This document shows positions 27,203-36,659 of a DNA stretch of 64,000 nucleotides, one piece after another (position 1 is the stretch's first letter; every line of letters starts with the position of its first letter). The notes under the pieces are model-generated. The model was not told where the DNA came from. It saw only the letters and a list, made by a program, of their open reading frames with translations, and did not search any database. The DNA comes from Chiloscyllium plagiosum (Eukaryota): positions 38,043,722 to 38,107,721 of the forward strand of contig NC_057719.1 in the NCBI RefSeq assembly GCF_004010195.1, written 5' to 3'. Made by a program: the position numbers and the translations under genes.

Positions 27203-27903
27203 GATAGGGTCTCAAGGAGTTCTTACTGATTTAAAGCTTCTGCATCAACTCGTTTCTTCCAAACATGGTTACTTAAATAAGGCTTTTGTTTGGAACTCCA
27301 CCTGTTTTGGAGAGTGTACAGATGTCATATAGAGCTGGACCATCTCTTAGAAGAAAGAAAAGGAAGAGAGAAAGGCCTCTTAGCAGGAGGCCATAATTGG
27401 CCAGCTTGTTCAGGGAACAGTGCTCCTCCCTGAATCTCTATGAGGGTCAAAGTTTGAGATGAGTGCTCTTCATAAAGGAAGTCCTCACTGGAACCTGCCA
27501 TCTGCTGCCACAAATGTGACCTCAAAGCAAGAAAAGGGCTACATTGCCAGTGGTTGTGCCGGTGACTATAGAAATAAACGTTTGTCTATCTGTCTCCTTC
27601 CAGGCCGGGCTTCAAGACATTTGCAACAGTTTGTCATCCAATGAGGCTCAGTACTCCAGTGTTTCCAATTGTTTTTCTGTTATGACTCCATTTTAATGTT
27701 ACCCCGTTGGTGTGACTGCAGAGTGAAAATTGGGGTGGGGGGAAGGCCAGGGAGCTTTTGAATGTGATGAGGCTCAAACAGCAGTGATATAAGCACACAA
27801 AAAGAACTATGGTCATTGACAGGCTCTGTTGGTGCCAGTCATGGGCCTCACAGCTCAATAATTTGAGTCATGTCCACAGGAAATAAAATTCCACACATTT
27901 AAA

Positions 27904-28104
27904 GGCGAAAGTGGGTACTGCAGATGCTGGAGATCAGAGTCTAGATTAGAGTAGTGCTGGAAAAGCACAGCAGGTCAGGCAGCATCCGAGGAGAAGGAAA
28001 ATCGATGCTTCGGGCAAAAGCCCTTCATCAGGAATCATTTCTGATTTTCCTGCTCCTCGGATGCTGCCTGATCTGCTGTGCTTTTCCAGCACTAATCGAG
28101 ACTG
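27904..28104. mobile_element. Fold-back PLE-end element, family A
   Basis: 12-bp TSD CACACATTTAAA (27892-27903 / 28105-28116); minus-strand CTGATGAAGGGCTTTTGCCCGAA. Confidence 0.88.
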
Positions 28105-28129
28105 CACACATTTAAACTCAATCCTAGGA

Positions 28130-28775
28130 CTGTCAAATTTGACTCTTTGTTTCACAGCTGCTATTGCTGCCTCCGAGCTCGCAACCCCAATTGTGAGCCC
28201 ACTGAGGGTTGCAACCCACTGTTTGCCAACCCTGCTCTTCTCAATGGGAAGCCAATTACATTTTGTTCTCACTTGCCAGAGAGAAACGGAATCACAAAAA
28301 CACAGCATGTAAATTGCAAGATTATCCATCATGCAGGGTGCCATTGACTGCATGAGCATCACTTTACAGGCACCACAAATCAACTCTGCCCTATACCACA
28401 ATCTATATCCACTCCCTCAACTTCCAGCTGGTCTGTATAAAAAGGCATAAAATTATACAGCTCAGTGCTCAGGATCCTGAAAGCAATCAAGATGTCATCA
28501 CTCTGTTGGAGTCTGTTGTGGCAACTCCATTTGAATAACTATTTGAGTAACCACAGCAATTACAGTATGGCAATTGGATGACATGACATGCTGAAGTCAT
28601 GACTCCTGATTCTGATGCTTATGCATCACCAATGTATAGAATAACTATACATTGACTTGGGATCAAGTAGATCATTAGTGTGTTTTCGCAGCATGAGCCA
28701 GTCTAGAGGAGCTTTGCAGTACTTAGCTGAACGGATGTCAAAATTCATGTTGGTCTTCAGTGATCTGTACAAATT
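28130..28775 (+). mobile_element. Decayed PIF/Harbinger (HARBI1-like) transposase
   Basis: MQGAIDC (28331-28351), HSLNFQLVC (28410-28436) and GALQY.AERMSKF (from 28708), in the expected order, with stops and frameshifts. Confidence 0.78.
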
Positions 28776-29479
28776 CACCATTGTGAGGGTCAGGCCTCAC
28801 TGCCACACATAAGGTGAGCAGCCAAGGAGTAGCAACAGGGTTGAGAGACAGGGGCACATGTGGAATCCTGGGTTTCTGAAAGCCGAAAGGCATAAAGGTC
28901 AGAAAATGGTGTGGGAAGATGACGGAAAATAAGGGACACAAGTGGTCATCGTCTCCAGCATATAAGTTGAAAATGGTATAGGTTGGAAGGGAGCTTGAAT
29001 GTGAGAAGTAAGATTAGGTCTAAGGAGAATGTGGTATTTGCAGATTTAAACCCCTCCACTGACCTAGTAATGGATATCCTAATGATGGCCAACATGTTTC
29101 CTCCAAGGGCTAAGAACATGCAGTCATACCTGTCCCTCTCTCGCTAGCTCCTGCTGCCTCTGGTAGTGCACCATGTTTTCCTGAAAGAGAGGGAAAAGTG
29201 TTTGTGAGCATTGTATAATCTGTTTGGCTGTTGTGGCTGTCATACTTGAATAGTGAGTTCACACAATGAGATGTGAGTTTAAGGCTTGTAAGTGTTGCTA
29301 AGTGCATAAGGGTTTTGCGGCTGGGGGGGGGGTGCAGCTGGCAGTGAAACCAAATTATGTCAGACGTTTGTTTTGAATGATAGAGATTGCAGAAAGTGGA
29401 TGATCAGGTTGTGGGAGAATTGAATAGTGCCTGAGATGAATGATGCATTTGGTAGGATATAATACTTGAAGACAATTCA

Positions 29480-29680
29480 CTAAACTTGACCACTTGCTTG
29501 AAGTCTTTGAACTTCCTGTGTCACTACATCCACGTCTTAAGGGCTTGACTCCTGAGAGTTGACCAGCTTGGCGATCTGTTCCAACTGAGCATGTTTCTGG
29601 AAGTTCTCCACTGGATACATGTCATCTCTCATTATTTTTACCTCCAACACCAGGCTTTCAATGCAGCAGCCAAAGACTAT
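29480..29680 (-). mobile_element. Decayed Myb/SANT-like partner gene of Harbinger
   Basis: Minus strand reads LEQIAKLVNS / RSQALKTWM**HRKFKDFKQVVK, resembling W..IA..VN....RTW.QC.KKF.DL..VK. Confidence 0.55.
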
Positions 29681-29877
29681 AGAACCTCCTATTCCCCAGA
29701 TTGAACCATATTCCCTAGGTCACTTAGTGCAGGCCTCCTGCATCTGCTTCAGCCACAATATTTCTGACCGTTAAGAAATGCAGATTTGTTTTAAGTGCTG
29801 TCAGCCACTCAGAATTTTGGCAGCACCCATCAGTTGATTACCAATCAATATTTGTTGTATAATATTCATTCCTGGAA

Positions 29878-31385
29878 AGTCATAGATTCATGGAGTCAAA
29901 CAGCAAGGAAACAGACCTTTCGATCCAACCAGTTCATGCCAACCATATTGCAAAACTAAACCAGTTCCACCTGCCTGCTCTTGGCCCATATCCCTCCAAA
30001 CCTTTCTTATTCATGTACTTATCTACATGTTTTTTAAATGTTGTAACTATACCCACATCCATCACTTCCTCTGCAAGTTCATTCCATATACAAACCACTC
30101 TCTGTGTAAAAAAATTGGCCCCATGTTTTTTTTTAATCTTTCTCCTCTCACCTTAAAAGTATGCCCTCCAGACTTGAAATCCCCCACCCTAGGGAAAAGA
30201 CACCTGCCATTCACCTTATCTATACCCTTTATGATTTTATAAACTTCTATAAGGTCATCCCTCAACTTCCTACGCTCCAGTGAAACAAGTCCCAGCCTAT
30301 GCAGCTTCTCTTTATAATTCAAATGCTCCATTCCCAGCAACATCCTGGTAAATCTTTCTGAACACTGTCCAGCTTAATAATATCCTTCCTATAACTAGGT
30401 GACCAAAGCTGGATATAATACCCCAGAAGAGGCCTTACCAACATCCTGTACAACCTCAACACTACATCCCAACTCCTACACTCAAAGGTCTGGGCAATGA
30501 AGGCAAGCATGCTAAATGCCTTCTTAACCACCCTATCTATCTGTGATGCAAACTTCAAAGAATTATGTACCTAAACCCTGTTCTACAACAATGCTCAGGC
30601 CCTATTTTTAATTGTGTAAGTCTTGTCTTTGTTTTACCAAAATGCAATACCTCTTATTTGTCCAAATTAAACGCATTTGCCACTATTCAGCTCATTGATC
30701 CAATTAATCAAAATCTCTTTATAATTGTGGATACTCTTCTTCACTGTCCACTATACCACCAATCTTGGTGTCATCTGCAAACTTACTAACCATGCTTTCT
30801 ATATTGTCATCTAAATCATTCATATAAATGACAAACAAAAGTGTAGCCAGCATCAATCCCTGTGGAACACCACTGGTCACAGTCCTCCAGTCTGACAAAT
30901 AGCCCTCCATCATCACTCTCTGTCTCCTGCTGTTGAGACAATTTTGTATCCAACTGGCAAGTTCTCCCTGAATCCTATGTAATCTAACTTTACTAATTAG
31001 TCTACCATGTGGAAGCTTGTCAAAGGTTTTACAAAAGTCCAAGTAAGCAATGTTCACCACTCTGCCTTCATCAATCTTCTTGGTTACTTCCTCAAAAAAC
31101 TCAATAAAGTTTGTTAGACACAATTTCCCTTGCACAAAACCATATTGACTATCCCTAATCATTCCTTGCCTCTCCAAATGTATTTGAAACCTACCTGTCA
31201 GGATCAACTTCAACAACGTACCCACCACCAGTCTTCTTCTTACATCCCTTCTTAAACAAAGGCAGGTAACCACTTTCAGTCATTCGGCACCTCACCCATA
31301 TTTGTAGATGATACAAGTATTTCTGCAAGGAGGTGGGTGGCACTGCTATGTAACCCCTAATATTTTCCAAAATTCCATGCATGGC
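29878..31385 (-). mobile_element. CR1 LINE RT domain to tail
   Basis: SQYGFVQGKLCLTN, YLDFCKTFDKLPH, SGVPQG and KFADDTK motifs. Confidence 0.92.
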
Positions 31386-32190
31386 AGTGACATTTTCAAA
31401 TGCCAATAGGTCTGAGTGGATGTCTATGTGGAGGCACAGCCTCAAGGGAATGTTTGTTATTGCCCATTCCTAGTTGCCCCTGAGAAGGCCTTTTTGAACT
31501 CCTGCAGTCCATTTAGCGTAGGTAGATGCAGAACAGTGTTATATTCTGTAAGTTCAACCAGATCCCCCCCTCATCTTTCTACACTTCTTCAAGTATAGCG
31601 CCAGAGTCCTCAAGCATTCCTCATATGTAAAGCCTTTCATTCCTAAGATCATTTTTGTATACCTCCTCTGGACTCACTCCAGAGCCAATACATCCTTCCT
31701 GAGGTGAGGGGCTCAAAATTGCTCACAATATTGAAAATGTGGTCTGACCAGAGCCTTATAAAGCCTCAGAAGTACATCCCTGCTTTTATATTCTAGTTCT
31801 TTTGAGATTGTATTTGCCTTCCTCCTGATTCAACCTGCAAGTTTACCTTAAAACGACTGACCTCATCTTCATTTATGCCAGGTATGTCTCCAAATGGCAG
31901 AGAACTTCCTCCCTGATCACACTGACTTTAGTTTTGCCAAGGTTCCTTGATGTCATACTTGATTAAAGATGGCTTTGACATCAATGACAGTTATTCTCAG
32001 CTTGTCTCTAGAATTCAGCTATTTTGTCCATGTTTGATTCAGGGTTCTAATAACATCAGAAACTGAGTAACCCTGATGCATACTAAGTGTTAGTGGACAG
32101 GTTATAGCAAAGCAGCTGCTGCTTTATAACACTGTTGATTACACCTTCCATCACTTTACTGATGTTCGAGAGTGGACTGATGGGGTGGAT

Positions 32191-32406
32191 CTGGAAAAGC
32201 ACAGCAGGTCAGGCAGCAACCGAGGAGCAGGAGAATTGATGCTTTGGGCAAAAGCCCATCATCAGAAATGCCCGGAAACTCCTGATGAAGGGCTTTTGCC
32301 TGTAACGTCGATTCTCCTGCTCCTTGGATGCTGCCTGATCTGCTGTGCTTTTCCAGCACTACAATCTCAACTCTAATCTCCAGTATCTCTAGTCCTCACG
32401 TTCACC
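32191..32406. mobile_element. Fold-back PLE-end element, family A
   Basis: 14-bp TSD with one mismatch, CTGATGGGG(T/G)GGAT (32177-32190 / 32407-32420); + strand CCTGATGAAGGGCTTTTGCCTGTAACGTC. Confidence 0.85.
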
Positions 32407-33017
32407 CTGATGGGGGGGATTTGTCCTGCTTTTTTAGTGTACAGGGCATACCTGGGCAAATTTCCAAATTGTTGGATAGGTGTCAGCATTGCTGATGTAC
32501 TGGAACAGCTTGACTAGGTAGGAAGGTCTAGAACACAAATCTTCCTCACTAGTTTGGCTGAAGGAAGTCGAGATGGATCATCTATTCTGTACTTATGGCT
32601 GAAGGTTGTTGCAAATGCTTCAACATTATCTTTTGCACTGATATGTTGGGCTCTTTCACCACTAAGGATGGGGATATTTGTGGAGCCTCCTTCTCCAGGG
32701 AGTTGTTTAATTGTTCACTATCATTCATAACTGGATATGGCAGTTCTACCAAGCTTGAATCTGATCCATTGGTTATGGGATTGCTGAGCTATATTCCTTG
32801 CTGTTCATACTGTTTGGTACAAAAGTGATCCGATTTTGTCGGTTCACTGGGGTGACAACTCATTTTTAGATATTGCTAGTGCTGATTGTGAAAAGCCTTT
32901 CTGCACTCTTCAATGAATCAGTGTTGATCCCCGGATTTATGGTAATGGTAGAGTGGGGAATATGCTAGGCCGTGCAGATACAGATTGTGTTGGAATATCG
33001 CAGCCCACAGCTCCTCA

Positions 33018-33392
33018 TGAATCTGCTGGTATGTGTCTTCAAACTTTTGGATCTTCTGCCTGATGGAAGTGGGTGGAAGAGAGTATATCTGGGGTAGATG
33101 TGATGTTTGATTATATTATCTGCTTTCTTGAAACAGTGGGAAGAATAGATGGAGTCAATGGAAGGATGGTTGGTTTTGGTGATGGATGGGGTTGTGTTCA
33201 CAACTGTCTATAGTTTCTTGTGGTCTTCGGCAGAGCAGTTGCCATACAGGCTGTGACGCATCTGGATGGGATGCTTTCTATGGTGCATTTATGAAATTTG
33301 GTAAGAGTCATTGTGGGCATGCCAAATTTTCTTAGCCTTCTCAGGAAATAGAGGCATTGGTGTACTGTCTTGACGGTAGCATCAATGTTGGT
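33018..33392 (-). mobile_element. Rex1/Babar retrotransposon C-terminal fragment
   Basis: HQCLYFLRRLRKFGMP..TLTKFHKCTIES...LFHPLPSGRRSKSLKTHTSRF (DUF1891-type tail). Confidence 0.8.
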
Positions 33393-33809
33393 AATGTCAC
33401 ACAACACGATTGAGGGTATTCTCAGTGTGAAGATGGAACTTTGTCTCCACGATGACTGTAAGGTGTTACGGACAATTGCATCTGGGACAGGGAGACTTGT
33501 AAGGATGAAATCAAGTATGATTTTTCCTTCGTGTTGGTTCCCTGACCACCTGCTACAGACCCAGTCCACCCTCTTCATCAGTGCTGAGTCATGCTTGGTG
33601 GTAGACTTCGAAGTCACCCACCCAGAGTATGATCTGGGCCCTTGTGACCAATAGTGCTTCTTCCAAGTGTTGTTCCACATGGAGGATTACTGATTCATCA
33701 ACCAAGGGATGGCTATTATGAATGTAATCAGCAGGAGGTTTTCTTCTCTGTGTTTGACCTGATGCCGTGAGACTTCATGGCAGCCAGAGTCCAGGTTGAG
33801 GACTCTCAG

Positions 33810-34044
33810 GGAGAAAGTGAGGTCTGCAGATGCTGGAGATCAAAGTTGAAACTTTATTGCTGGAACAGCACAGCAGGTCAGGCAGCATCCAGGGAACAGG
33901 AGATTCGACGTTTCGGGCACAGGCCCTTCTTCAGGAATGGCCCTTCTTTGATTCCTGAAGAAGGGCCTGTGCCCGAAACGTCGAATCTCCTGTTCCCTGG
34001 ATGCTGCCTGACCTGCTGTGCTGTTCCAGCAATAAAGTTTCAAC
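33810..34044. mobile_element. Fold-back PLE-end element, family A, perfect 94-bp arms
   Basis: 13-bp TSD TGAGGACTCTCAG (33797-33809 / 34045-34057); arms 33845-33938 and 33951-34044; 12-nt loop. Confidence 0.92.
33951..33986 (+). ncRNA. Predicted minimal type I hammerhead ribozyme (mirror copy on - strand at 33903-33938)
   Basis: AUUC-CUGAAGA-A-GGGC-CUGU-GCCC-GAAA-CGUC^GAAU: stem I AUUC/GAAU, stem II GGGC/GCCC, palindromic ACGU stem III. Confidence 0.75.
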
Positions 34045-34427
34045 TGAGGACTCTCAGTGCAACTCCCTTCCAAGTGTACACCATTGTCTGCCATCCCTGC
34101 TAGGTCTATGCTGCCGATGGGACAGGACTTACCCAGGGATGTTAGTGATGTTGTCTGAGTCATTGTGTTTACAGTATCCCTCTGAGTATTATATTGTCAG
34201 ATGATTGCTAGAATAGTCTGTGAAATAGATTATCCAATTTTTGCAGTTTTCCCCAAATATTAGAAAGGATGACTATGCAGATTAATAAGGCTGAGTTTAC
34301 CAATCTCATTTCTAATACTTTAGCCAAAGCCAGCTGGTCTATCTGGTTTCATTCTCTTTTTCTTTTCTAACAGTTGTATAACTGAATGGTTTGCTAGACC
34401 ATTTCAAAAAGCACTTAAGAATCAACA

Positions 34428-34603
34428 ACATAGAATCGTAGAATCCCTACAGCGCACAATTTGGCCCATCAAGTATGCACCGACCCTCCGAAAAGCATCC
34501 CACCCAGACTCAGCCCTCCCACCATATCTCCATAAACCTAGCATTTGCCATGGCTAATTCACCTATACCGCACGTCCCTAGACACTATGGGACAATTTAG
34601 CAA
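34428..34603 (-). mobile_element. V-SINE 3' fragment
   Basis: Tail and 3' half similar to 4955-5125. Confidence 0.6.
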
Positions 34604-35267
34604 ATTTTTAAAATTACAATCAACATTGATTTCATGATCATCCTTATACCTTTGGTTCAATTCTTTAATGAATTTAAATTCCATCACCTACAATGGGGAA
34701 TCTAGATGGGGATCTCCAGAAAGTTGCTTGGGTTACCAGCACACTATTGTCTCCCCTTAGTCAGACTCTAAAAACATTGAAATGTCCAGGCAGCATGAAA
34801 TTGGCAAACTGCCAGCACCACAATCAGCAGCACTGGTCAGTTGCTCATCAAATCCCTATGCCTGTTCTCAGAAGCTATCAAATTTAACCCCCAGTGATTG
34901 TAAAGGATAAGATTTTAACCTGAGGTCAATGGATACATTGTTGGAATGAAATATGGACTATAAAACTTTGAGATTTCAAAACACAAAATCATATTTCATG
35001 AACTGTACAAGAATGTCCCCATATTAAATTAAGTTTATTTGAATAACTGAATCTTGCTGTTAATGGTATGTAGTCTTACAAAACATTAATGTAGTTCTGG
35101 TTCATTTCCTATTCTAATATTGTAAAAGTTGATTGGAGTTTAACCATTACAAAATTATGTTCAATAATGTACTTTTATTGTCAATCATTGCACATCTTTC
35201 CATTTGTTCATACATGGTAAAGTTTTTAATCAGACTCAATGGGCCAATTGACCTTTATCTACACAGT

Positions 35268-35423
35268 GGTAAAAACAATGACTGCAGATGCTGGAAACCA
35301 GATTCTGGATTAGTGGTGCTGGAAAAGCACAGCAATTCAGGCAGCATCCGAGGACAGGCAAAATCGACGTTTCGGGCAAAAACGTCGATTTTGCCTGTCC
35401 TCGGATGCTGCCTGAATTGCTGT
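35268..35423. mobile_element. Fold-back PLE-end element, family A
   Basis: 16-bp TSD CCTTTATCTACACAGT (35252-35267 / 35424-35439); turnaround inside hammerhead stem II (TTTCGGGCAAAAACG). Confidence 0.9.
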
Positions 35424-36659
35424 CCTTTATCTACACAGTAACAATTCTGTAATTCTGTGAACTGGGGCAAAGCCAAAAGTTTATATGTAATAATTTCATG
35501 TCTAGAGAGACCACACGCTTAAAGTATTTATCCAATCTCAATCTTCATATCTTAAAATGGGTATTGATTTATTAAGTGTAGAGAGGAAAAACATTGACAA
35601 GAGGCAAATTTAGATCAATTATCAGAGCTGAGATTATTTTGTTTCAGAAATAAATGTGTACTTGGATAATAGGTAAAGTTCAGTGACTTCAACTTCAGGA
35701 ACAAAATTGTTATAATAAAAACATTAGTAAAAATGCATAAAATAAATATGATCTCGATATAAGGGAGGATAGAGAAACTATGGGTCAAAATGTGACAGTT
35801 AGAATTAAACAGTGAAATCAGATAGAATGGTTTCAACAAAGTGTAATACATACAGGGAAGAGATCACCAGAGAAGACTAAGTAACAGGTAACAAATCGTT
35901 AAGACAACTTATTCTGAAGAATAATTGACTGAAAAGTTTTAGTTAAGACAAACTAAAAAGTTAGGCTGTTGATCCAACTGGTCTTCTCTAACATCACCGA
36001 TGTTGTCTCCACTGATTTAATTGCAGTCATTGATTGTTTTAAAATTTAATGTATCAGCTTTTAGGTTATTCTATTTTAATCAAATCAATATTCACTTTTG
36101 AATTGTGAAATAGAATAATCTGAGTATTAGAATACTAATTAGAGTAATCCTGAAGTATCTTCATATTTGACTTATCCATTTCAGAATCATTCATTTCTAT
36201 CCTTTGTATCAAGGTCTGCTTGGAGATATGCTAGTCTAAATTAGATACCACAAAACATTGAACAAAGAATAATTGATACAATATTCTTTACCTTATTTGT
36301 GAATCTCAGGTGCTCATGGTTAATTATAATAAATGGTATATATTTTAGTTGCATTTGATAAAACAGGCTGGAAATGGTCACAGTGCCATCTCTGAAATAA
36401 GTAAGTATAACAAATTGGATGGTGCAAGTGTGACAATGGCACTATTGCAATTGTTACCGGTTACATTTCCTTTTAAACTACCACATGATATTGATTAAAA
36501 TGTTACTTAAGTATTACAGTGCTATCAAAAAATTAATAAATTGGGACAACAGAACAAATGGGTAATTTGAAAAAAAATGTAATTTGACCAATGTACAGAC
36601 CAAATCAACATTCACTTTTGTCTTGCTAAATAGAGTAATCTTTGTTCCTGAAGGTGTTA

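Larger units (their letters stand above)
31860..34400 (-). mobile_element. Long decayed LINE family B segment hosting nested insertions
   Basis: Endonuclease-like remnants (WVTSKST, ILDFILT); similar to the decayed segments at 1.3-2.1 kb and 9.6-12.3 kb. Confidence 0.55.

Noticed and set aside
24600..27630. Possible additional solo LTRs and Harbinger-type MITE ends
   Set aside because: They look repeat-like, but I could not define termini or TSDs.
33810..34044. Classical DNA-transposon MITE or pre-miRNA
   Set aside because: The ends are asymmetric, the TSDs are long and variable, the arms contain a hammerhead core, and there is no expression evidence for a miRNA.
19329..35423. Palindromic repeats as a CRISPR array or bacterial REP elements
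   Set aside because: They are dispersed, have no repeat-spacer periodicity or cas genes, sit in a vertebrate context, and match a PLE terminus.
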